DNA of 62,293 nucleotides, filler included, from Chiloscyllium plagiosum (Eukaryota): the NCBI RefSeq assembly GCF_004010195.1. It is 4 parts of one record of this genome, joined end to end, with 100 filler letters (N's around TTAATTAATTAA, not from the genome) between each part and the next. Parts side by side here need not be neighbours in the genome. Positions count along the whole stretch, not along the records: positions 47,917 to 62,293 come from NC_057717.1; 3 more parts are not named here. The stretch is one strand, 5' to 3'. Every line of letters begins with the position of its first letter. Position 1 is the first letter of the stretch. The position numbers and the translations under genes were made by a program. The notes below the pieces were generated by a model. The model was not told the DNA's origin, ran no database searches, and worked only from the letters and a program-made list of their open reading frames with translations. This document shows positions 52,896 through 62,293 of the stretch, one piece after another.

Positions 52896-52990
52896 TTTCC
52901 TGAAGAAGGGCTGATGTCCGAAACGTCAATTTCCTGCTCCTTGGATGCTGCCTGACCTGCTGTGCTTTTCCAGCAACACATTTTTCAGCT
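52896..52990 (+). mobile_element. Penelope terminal-repeat fragment with intact hammerhead core
   Basis: CTGAAGA(52900)-A-GGGC-TGAT-GTCC-GAAACGTC. Confidence 0.8.
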
Positions 52991-52994
52991 ATTC

Positions 52995-54430
52995 TATAAC
53001 TGCAGCAAGCAGAAAAGATTAACCAGGGATCGGGTAGGACCCATTAGTTACTTGCCAAGTTGCATCCAATTCAAACTTGTTACAGGAGATGGAGGGTCGT
53101 GGTAGAAGGCTAGTTGTGTAACTGGAGACCAGTGTTCAATGGTGCCCCTTTGGGATCAGTGGTGTGTCCGTTATCTTTAATTCGGAGGTGCCAGTGTTGG
53201 GACTGGGATGGAAAAAGTTAAAAATCACCAGGTTATAATCCAGCAGTTTTATTCAGAGGCACGAAATTTCAAATCGCTCAATCACTTGATGAAGAAGCAG
53301 CGCTTCGAAAGCTCGTGCCTCCGAATTAACCTGTTGGACTAAAAGCTGGTGTTGTATGATCATTAAACGTATCATTTGTGACATTTATAAACGCTGTAGA
53401 TATGAATGGGGATGAAGGGGAAGTATCATATATAAGTTAGTGTTTGATACAAAGATTGGCTGTGTTTTTGGCAGTAGGCGGAAGCTCGTATGTTACAGGA
53501 AGGTACAAAGAGAATGGTCAGTTGGGCAGATCAATAGCAGATGGAATGTAACCCTGATAAATANNNNNNNNNNNNNNNNNNNNNNNNNNNNNNNNNNNNN
53601 NNNNNNNNNNNNNNNNNNNNNNNNNNNNNNNNNNNNNNNNNNNNNNNNNNNNNNNNNNNNNNNNNNNNNNNNNNNNNNNNNNNNNNNNNNNNNNNNNNNN
53701 NNNNNNNNNNNNNNNNNNNNNNNNNNNNNNNNNNNNNNNNNNNNNNNNNNNNNNNNNNNNNNNNNNNNNNNNNNNNNNNNNNNNNNNNNNNNNNNNNNNN
53801 NNNNNNNNNNNNNNNNNNNNNNNNNNNNNNNNNNNNNNNNNNNNNNNNNNNNNNNNNNNNNNNNNNNNNNNNNNNNNNNNNNNNNNNNNNNNNNNNNNNN
53901 NNNNNNNNNNNNNNNNNNNNNNNNNNNNNNNNNNNNCAAGTCCCTCCTCCGTACCTTTTATCTTAGCCTGCTGGACGCACTTTCCTCATTCCTGAAGAAG
54001 GGATTATGCCTGAAACGTCGATTCTCCTGCTGAGGAGATTCACCAGGATGTTCCATGGGATGGCTCATTTCAGCTATGAAGAGAGTCCTGATAAGCTTGG
54101 TCTGTTTACTTTGGAGCAGAGAAGGCTGAGGGGGCCATGATTCAAAAGGAAATGATTACGAGGGACATGGACCAGGGTGGACAGACAGCCGCTGTTCTTT
54201 TAAGACAGAGACAAGAAAAAGGTGGAGCACACTTTTAAAGTGAAGGGTTTGCAGTTTAGAAAGGTTTTGAGGACTGTATATCACTCATAGAGTTTTAGGG
54301 ATTGAAATGTACTTCCGAAGAGGGGAGTTGTCACGGGGAACATCACAACCGTTAAAAAGTACTTGGACGAGCAGTTGCCATTGTCATAGCATTCCCGGTT
54401 ATGGGCCTTGTGAAGCAACGGAGGACAAAT
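52995..54430 (+). mobile_element. CR1 RT, interrupted by two Penelope-derived inserts and a gap
   Basis: RVVVEG..WRPVFNGAPLGSVVCP..FINAVD..KLVFDTKIG..WNVTL, then after the gap RRFTRMFHGMAHFSYEESPDKLGLFTLEQRRLRG. Confidence 0.75.
53180..53368. mobile_element. Fold-back Penelope-derived insertion (third subfamily) with hammerhead motif
   Basis: Inverted arms; CAC-TTGATGA-A-GAAGC-AGC-GCTTC-GAAAGCTC-GTG at 53283-53317; splits the CR1 GSVxGPLLF|VIYIND motif. Confidence 0.75.
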
Positions 54431-56926
54431 GCTGAAAGTGCTGGATTTCTGACTGTCCAGAGTCTATGCTTCTGTGATCGGATTGTGTGGAAGGTCAATC
54501 ATTGAGTAGATTAAGACAGGAATTGATGGGTTTCAGAACAGTATAATCACAAGGGTAATAAGAGTGAACCTGAAAAGGCTTCAATACGTCTGTCAATGGC
54601 ACAATTTGGGGAAAACTGTGAAGCTTTTTTACAGTTTGAAACCAGAGAATGGAGAATTGAGAACAGGGAACTGGCAGAACTATGAAGCAAGTGTCTTATT
54701 TATGTCTTCACAGAGGAAAAAAAAACAATAAATCTCTCAGAAATACTAGGAAACTTTAGTCTGGGAAGAAAAAAATAATGGAATGAAATTAGCAAATATA
54801 CATTTTAGAGAAAGTATTGCGACTGAATGTAATGAACATCGACAACGTGAAAAGATTATTATCAAATGGGAATCATATTTGAGAAACAGATTTTTAGCCA
54901 AACCTTGGAAAACCAATCAATGCAATACAATTGCATTTTCAGAATAATTTTTCATAAAGCCTCAAGTGCAGTATGCAAACTCGAAACTTATGGGACTGTG
55001 GTTAATATAAGGGCATTGTTTTAAAATGAAAAAGCTAACAGGAAACAGTGAGTTGGAATAAAGTTCTTTTTTAAATTGGAAGTCTCGGGGGATATAGCTG
55101 AAACCGGGACTTTGGCCCCAGCTATCCCAAATATACATCAAACCTTTGTTACAGGGAATCAAATGCAATGTTTCCAAGCCTGCTGATGGTACTAATCGAT
55201 ATTGGATTATGAGTGCGTGAGGAGGATGTAAAAAAAAGCTCATACGTGACTGATACAAGTGGAATGCCCGGACAAATATGTGGCAGAGGAAGACCAATAT
55301 GGGTAGATGTGATGTTGTGCCCTTTGATGGGAAAAGCAAAACAGCAGCCTTCCATTTGAAAAGGTTGCAAAATGTTACTCTATAAAGGAACATATGCTCT
55401 TTTTTGTTTCCTTATGCACTAACCACCGAGATCCATGCAGGGCAGTGAGTTCTGAAGCCAGGAGTAAAGAGTGGAAATGGCATAGGCCCACTGACCTGTG
55501 TACATAGACACATCAAGTAGCATCGAAAAGGATCCGGATTTCCCTGTACACCAGTTACTGAAAGCAACGTTGCAGGAACAGGTATCAGTTAGAAAGGAAA
55601 GTGGTGTGTTGACCTTCATATCAAGCGTATTTCAGTCCAGAAGAAAGGATGTCTTACTGTATCTGGACAGGGCCTTGGTGAAACCCATATGTCGAACACA
55701 GCAGCATTGTGTGCAGGTCAGGTATCATTACATAATAAAGGACAAACCTGACATCGCGGGAGTGCAGCGAATAATGACCAGAATGACCTCTGGGATGACA
55801 GGCTTGTTGTGGAAGCAGAGTTTGGGTCGACTGGGTCTGTATTCCATGCAGTTTAGTAAAACGATTGGAGATCTCAGTGAAATATTTAAAACACTGACAG
55901 GGAGGTAGAGATGAGGATCAGGGGATATTAATTCCCTGTGCCATTTAAAACAAGGGGCCACTGTATTAGTTACAGTCAGGCAATTTTGCATTAAGGTGAG
56001 AATAAATATCTTCACTCAGTGACTGGTGAATGTGGGGAATTCTCTCCCAGATAAGGCTGTCGATGTCAAGCCACAGAATATAAATAGGGATTTCTGCAAA
56101 TTAAAGATATGGAGAGAGAGAGCAGAATAATGCTTTGGGGGTAGAGTATCAGCCACCTTGACAGGTAATTTCCCAAAATGTGATAGCTGTGATCCTGTGA
56201 AATACTGTGTTATTGAAAATCATACAAATCCGGAATGGGGCCTGCAGAAGAAAAAACAGCGTAAGAGGAAAACCGCCAAAAATTTCGCTGAAAATCTAAA
56301 CAAAACTACTAGCTAGCTGAACACAAATGAAAGCAAAGTCTAATTAAATCTTTAAAACATATCTATTGCAACGAAGCAGTACAATGAATGTAACACTTCA
56401 GTGCGACAATCACTGACTGCAGTACTGTTCCTTTCACCAATCCCTTCACCAAAACGCGACCGAAACTACTGACCACGTGATGCCGACGTGGAATTCCAGT
56501 CCTCCCCAAGATTCTCCCTTAGTCTGAAAAAATATCCTTCTAAATGTAGGCTACAATTCCCAGTTGCAGGCTAACATTCAAGACTTGCACAGCCGATTAA
56601 ATTCGTGTTTCAGCTGAACACACTGACTGTGCATTGTACAGACAAGGATCCTAAGGCTAGGTTTTTATGTTCAGGTGTTGCCCCGCATGGAATCGCGTCA
56701 CAGTGACTGAGAGCTCGCTTTATAAAATTAAGATCGGCAATTCACTAATCGCGTTACAGCCACACAAGTTTGACAAACATGCACGAAAGGAGAACCGTAA
56801 TGGTGAGCAAAGTCAAAGAACACAAGTGACTGGTACAAGTCAAAGACCCAAGTGACTATATTTCCTGATAATAATCCCATTAAGGGATACGTACGTTGTG
56901 TGGGAAAAGTGCTTTGTGGCGATGTT
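53937..56926 (+). repeat. Tandem segmental duplication, copy 1 (mostly CR1 fragments plus a unique tail)
   Basis: Nearly identical to 57683-60683 at an offset of ~3746-3757. Confidence 0.95.
54620..56160 (+). mobile_element. Degraded CR1 ORF2/RT and 3' end (duplicated at ~58370-59920)
   Basis: ORF 55498-55908 has KDVLLYLDRALVKP..CVQ..VQRIMTRMTSGM..LGRLGLYSMQF; an upstream KCNVSKPADGT matches the SKFADDT motif. Confidence 0.8.
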
Positions 56927-57443
56927 CGGCCATGAACTGAAATNNNNNNNNNNNNNNNNNNNNNNNNNNNNNNNNNNNNNNNNNNNNNNNNNNNNNNNNN
57001 NNNNNNNNNNNNNNNNNNNNNNNNNNNNNNNNNNNNNNNNNNNNNNNNNNNNNNNNNNNNNNNNNNNNNNNNNNNNNNNNNNNNNNNNNNNNNNNNNNNN
57101 NNNNNNNNNNNNNNNNNNNNNNNNNNNNNNNNNNNNNNNNNNNNNNNNNNNNNNNNNNNNNNNNNNNNNNNNNNNNNNNNNNNNNNNNNNNNNNNNNNNN
57201 NNNNNNNNNNNNNNNNNNNNNNNNNNNNNNNNNNNNNNNNNNNNNNNNNNNNNNNNNNNNNNNNNNNNNNNNNNNNNNNNNNNNNNNNNNNNNNNNNNNN
57301 NNNNNNNNNNNNNNNNNNNNNNNNNNNNNNNNNNNNNNNNNNNNNNNNNNNNNNNNNNNNNNNNNNNNNNNNNNNNNNNNNNNNNNNNNNNNNNNNNNNN
57401 NNNNNNNNNNNNNNNNNNNNNNNNNNNNNNNNNNNNNNNNNNN

Positions 57444-57777
57444 GTGTTGCTGGAAAAGCGCAACAGGTCTGCCTGGAAACCCTCCAAACACAAGGGATGA
57501 ACTCAGATTTCTCTAGTTTCCTCATTTCCCCTCCCCCACCTTGTCTCAGTCAAATCCCTCGAACTCAGCACCACATTCCTAACCTGCAATCTTCTACCTG
57601 ACCTCTCCGCCCCCACCCCACTCCGGCATATCAACCTCACCTTGACCTCCCTCCACCTATCGCATTTCCAAAGCCCCTCCCCCAAGTTCCTCCTCCGTAC
57701 CTTTTATCTTAGCCTGCTGGACACACTTTCCTCATTCTTGAAGAAGGGGTTATGCCTGAAACATCGATTCTCCTGCT
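57444..57777 (+). mobile_element. Penelope-like 3' end preceded by an inverted terminal-repeat piece
   Basis: LETLQTQGMNSDFSSFLISPPP ORF end plus terminal repeat; the inverted piece GTGTTGCTGGAAAAGCGC begins at 57444. Confidence 0.75.
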
Positions 57778-60683
57778 GAGGAGATTCACCAGGATGTTCC
57801 ATGGGATGGCTCATTGCAGCTATGAAGAGAGCCCTGATAAGCTTGGTTTGTTTACTTTGGAGCAGAGAAGGCTGAGGGGACCATGATTCAAAAGGATATG
57901 ATTACGAGGGACATGGACCAGGGTGGACAGACAGCCACTGTTCTTTTAAGACAGAGACAAGAAAAAGTTGGAGCACACTTTTAAAGTGAAGGGTTTGCAG
58001 TTTAGAAAGGTTTTGAGGACTGTATATCACTCATAGAGTTTTAGGGATTGAAATGTACTTCCGAAGAGGGGAGTTGTCACGGGGATCATCACAACCGTTA
58101 AAAAGTACTTGGACGAGCAGTTGCCATTGTCATAGCATTCCCGGTTATGGGCCTTGTGAAGGAACGTAGGACAAATGCTGATAATGCTGTATTTCTGACT
58201 GTCCAGAGTCTATGCTTCTGTGATTGTATTGTGTGTAAGGTCAATCATTGAGTCGATTAAGACAGGAATTGATGGGTTTCAGAGCAGTATATTCACAATG
58301 GTAATAAGAGTGAACCTGTAAAGGCTTCAATACGTATGTCAATGGCACAATTTGGGGAAAACTGTGAAGCTTTCTTACAGTTTGAAACCAGAGAATGGAG
58401 AATTGAGAACAGGGAACTGGGAGAACTATGAAGCAAGTGTCTTATTTATGTCTTCACAGAGGAAAACAAAACAATAAATCTCTCAGAAATACTAGGAAAC
58501 TTTAGTCTGGGAAGAAAAAAATAATGGAATGAAATTAGCAAATACACATTTTAGAGAAAGTATTGCGACTGAATGTAATGAACATCGACAACGTGAAAAG
58601 ATTATTATCAAATGGGAATCATATTTGAGAAACAGATTTTTAGCCAAACCTTGGAAAACCAATCAATGCAATACAATTGCATTTTCAGAAAGATTTTTCA
58701 TAAAGCCTCAATGCAGTATGCAAACTCGAAACTTATGGGACGGTGGTTAATATAAGGGCATTGTTTTAAAATGAAAAAGCTAACAGGAAACAGTGAGTTG
58801 GAATAAAGTTCTTTTTTAAATTGGAAGTCTCGGGAGATATAGCTGAAACCGGGACTTTGGCCCTAGCTATCCCAAATATACATCAAATCTTTGTTACAGG
58901 GAATCAAATGCAAATGTTTCCAAGCCTGCTGATGGTACTAATCGATATCGGATTATGAGTGCGTGAGGAGGATGTAAAACAAAAAGCTCATACGTGACTG
59001 ATACAAGTGGAATGCCCGGACAAATATGTGGCAGAGGAACACCAATATGGGTAGATGTGATGTTGTGCCCTTTGATGGGAAAAGCAAAACAGCAGCCTTC
59101 CATTTGAAAAGGTTGCAAAATGTTACTCTATAAAGGAACATATGCTCTTTTTTTGTTTCCTTATGCACTAACCACCGAGATCCATGCAGGGCAGTGAGTT
59201 CTGAAGCCAGGAGTAAAGAGTGGAAATGGCATAGGCCCACTGACCTGTGTACATAGACTCATCAAGTAGGGAGCTTTAACATCGAAAAGGATCCGGATTT
59301 CCCTGTTGACCAGTTACTGAAAGCAACATTGCAGGTACAGGTATCAATTCGAAAGGAAAGTGGTGTGTTGACCTTCATATCAAGTGTGTTTCAGTCCAGA
59401 AGAAAGGATGTCTTACTGTAGCTGGACAGGGCCTTCGTGAGACCCATATGTCGAACACAGCAGCATTGTGTGCAGGTTAGGTATCATTATATAATAAAGG
59501 ACAAACCTGACATCGCGGGAGTGCAGCGAATAATGACCAGAATGACCTCTGGGATGACAGGCTTGTTGTGGAAGCAGAGTTTGGGACGACTGGGTCTGTA
59601 TTCCATGCAGTTTAGTAAAACGAGTGGAGATCTCAGTAAAATATTTAAAACACTGTCAGGGAGGTAGAGATGAGAATCAGGGGATATTAATTCCCTGTGG
59701 CATTTAAAACAAGGCGCCACTGTATTAGGTACAGTCAGGCAACTCTGCATTGAGGTGAGAATAAATGTCTTCACTCAGTGAATGGTGAATTTAGGGAATT
59801 CTCTCCCAGATAAGGCTGTCGATGTCAAGCCACAGAATATAAATAGGGATTTCTGCAAATTAAAGATATGGAGAGAGAGAGCAGAATAATGCTTTGGGGG
59901 TAGAGTATCAGCCATCTTGACAGGTAATTTCCCAAAATATGGTAGCTGTGATCCTGTGAAACACTGTGTTATTGAAAATCATACAAATCCGTAATGGGGC
60001 CTGCAGAAGAAAAACAGCGTAAGAGGAAAACCGCCAAAAATTTCGCTGAAAATCTAAACAAAAATACTAGCTAGCTGAACACAAATGAAAGCAAAGTCTA
60101 ATTAAATCTTTAAAACATATATATTGCAATGAAGCAGTACAATGAATGTAACACTTCAGTACGACAATCACTGACTTCAGTACTGTTACTTTCACCAATC
60201 CCTTCACCAGAACGCGAGCGAAACTACTGACCACGTGATGCCGACGTGGAATTCCAGTCCTACCCAAGATTCTCCCTTAGTCTGAAAAAAAATCCTTCTA
60301 AATGTAGGCTACAATTCCCAGTTGCAGGCTAACGTTCAAGACTTGCACAGCCGATTAAATCGTGTTTCAGCTGAACACACTGAATGTGCATTGAACAGAC
60401 AAGGATCCTAAGGCTAGGTTTTTATGTTCAGGTGTTGCCTCGCATGGAATCGCGTCACTGTGAATGAGAGCTCGCTTTATAAAATTAAGATCGGCAATTC
60501 ACTAATCGCGTTACAGCCACACAAGTTTGACAAACATGCGCTCAAGGAGAATCGTAATGGTGAGCAAAGTCAAAGGACACAAGTGACTGGTACAAGTCAA
60601 AGACCCAAGTGACGATATTTCCTGATAATAATCCCATTAAGGGATACGTACGTTGTGTGGGAAAAGTGCTTTGTGGCGATGTT
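57683..60683 (+). repeat. Tandem segmental duplication, copy 2
   Basis: Collinear with 53937-56926; scattered substitutions and an ~11-bp extra segment at ~59269-59280. Confidence 0.95.
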
Positions 60684-60714
60684 TGGAATTTGGTAGGCTG
60701 AATGTGTTGGATGG

Positions 60715-60946
60715 TGAAAGTGAGGAATGCAGAGGCTGGAGATCAGAGTCAAGGTTAGAGTGGTGCTGGAAAAGCAACACAGGTCAGGCAGCATCCGAGG
60801 AGCAGGACAATCGACGTTTCGGGCAAAAGCCCTTTATCAGCCCTTAATCACCATTCCTGATAAAGGGTTTTTGCCCAAAACACCGATTTTCCTGCTCCTC
60901 ACATACTGCCTCACTTGTTGAGCTTTTCCAGCACCACTCTAATCTC
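60715..60946 (-). mobile_element. Fold-back Penelope-derived short insertion with 14-bp TSD
   Basis: AATGTGTTG(G/T)ATGG at 60701-60714 and 60947-60960; inverted arms around 60841-60856. Confidence 0.88.
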
Positions 60947-61454
60947 AATGTGTTGTATGGCCGATACATTTCCCGATGTTTCTGTGCAGTCTGTCGAAAA
61001 GCTCTGTAAATGCTGCCCCAAACTCTCAAATATTAGGAAGGAGGTATCTGCAGTGTCGGCAGGATTGTGTTTCCCGTTCCTGTTTCCAATACCGAGGCTG
61101 GGTCCTGGTGTTCTGTCCAGGTTTATCCTTTGAGAACTCGGTGCAGTTTGATAAAACAGATGTTCTTGCTTGGCTGTTTCAGAGACCATTGAAGGGTTTA
61201 TCTGTGTGTCTGGAATCGCTTTTCTCCCAGACCAGGAAAGCACGGGAGATTTGCTTCCTGAAAGTACATTGTGCAAGCAAATTGGAATTTACAATCTGCA
61301 TTGGTTTCAAGACTGACAGCAGATTTTATACCATGATATTTTATTAGTTGGTCATTAACGTTCAACACCTACCGCAGCATTATCCTGGTCTGGGTTAGGA
61401 AACCAGTGACATTAACATCTCGACATGGGCACATTGTGGAAACCTCATTGTGCA

Positions 61455-61968
61455 GGTTTTATTGGTGCTGCTTGACAGTATCAAAAAAATAACTTCTTCC
61501 AATTTGAATATCGTGATGAGACAGAGAGGGTGGCAATTGTTCATATTATTTATATTCTCCTCTTAGGGGACTGTACATAACTAAGGAATTTTCCACTTTG
61601 TCAGGGAGATGTCAGATTTGGAGCTAGAATGAACCAGCATCCCCATGGACGCAGCTTGTTGTGCAGTAAAGTCTTCATCCTCTTGCAGGAATGGTGTCAG
61701 GCGCCATTGCTTTTGTCGTATCTACTGTGTTTAGCTGTTTGTTCCTGTTGTGTGTAGCCAATCGAATTGTTTGAAGTCTGGCAGCTGTGATTCTGTGGGC
61801 ATCATAAGGAGAGTAAGGTGGATCATACACTCAACAATTCTGGCCGATGATGGTGCGGGTACTATATCCTTGTCTTTTACACTGATACGCAGGGCTGCTC
61901 CATTATTTCAGATGGGGATATTTGCAGTGACCTCTCCTCCAGTGATTTGTTTTTTCGTCCACCGCTAT
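61455..61968 (-). mobile_element. CR1-group LINE RT N-terminal fragment
   Basis: Reverse complement reads WTKKQITGGEVTANIPI..ISVKDK..QLNTVDTTKAMAPDTIPA..KWKI..NCHPLCLI. Confidence 0.75.
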
Positions 61969-62019
61969 TAATGAGTGAATGTTGTTTAACTGCAGAGCTT
62001 TGATCTAAGCTGTTCATCA

Positions 62020-62293
62020 AGTAGCGGGCAGCGGTGTTTTTTTCTCTCTTTACAGAAAGAGCGGGAGCAGCAGGGGGAAGTGACGAAGACCGGAGGGGCA
62101 GCCGAAAAGGAAAGCAGTGAGTATAAATACTCACCCTTCGACGCCAACGGTCACTTTGAGTGCGAGCAGCAGCTAAGGTAAGACAGTTTGTTTTAAAATT
62201 ACTTACCGGTAGCAGGCAGCGGACAGAAAGAGCGGGAGCAGCAGGGGGAAGTGACGAAGGCCGGAGGGGCAGCCGGGTAGGTTTTTTTCCCTT
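62020..62293. promoter_or_regulatory. CpG-rich repeated module, probably a young LINE 5' UTR or internal promoter, truncated by the window end
   Basis: 53-bp direct repeat at 62052-62104 and 62223-62275 (1 mismatch), each containing GGAAGTGACG; GTGAGTAT-AA-ATACTCAC hairpin at 62117-62134. Confidence 0.5.

Noticed and set aside
60961..61345. Overlapping 120-aa ORFs on both strands
   Set aside because: No recognisable motif in any frame; left unassigned.

Overview
Eukaryotic, repeat-dominated vertebrate DNA. The repeat families (CR1-type LINEs, SacSINE1-like DeuSINEs, Penelope terminal repeats, Rex1/Babar) and a GPR139/142-like receptor exon point to a cartilaginous fish, probably a shark; this is inferred from recognised motifs, not from a database search. 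Main contents: (i) a degraded minus-strand endogenous retrovirus (~5.4-12.2 kb) with RT, RNase H, integrase and a gamma-type env, no visible gag/protease, and an extra domain before RT that looks like a 2H phosphoesterase; (ii) three large, strand-asymmetric tandem arrays with ~34, ~38 and ~52-56 bp units; (iii) a frameshifted GPR139/142-like 7TM exon at 40.0-40.9 kb; (iv) many Penelope-derived ends with minimal hammerhead-ribozyme motifs, including five short fold-back insertions, four with clear target-site duplications; (v) a ~3.75 kb tandem duplication; (vi) several assembly gaps, three with an artificial TTAATTAATTAA linker. I found no intact protein-coding gene. All protein assignments come from manual translation and motif recognition.
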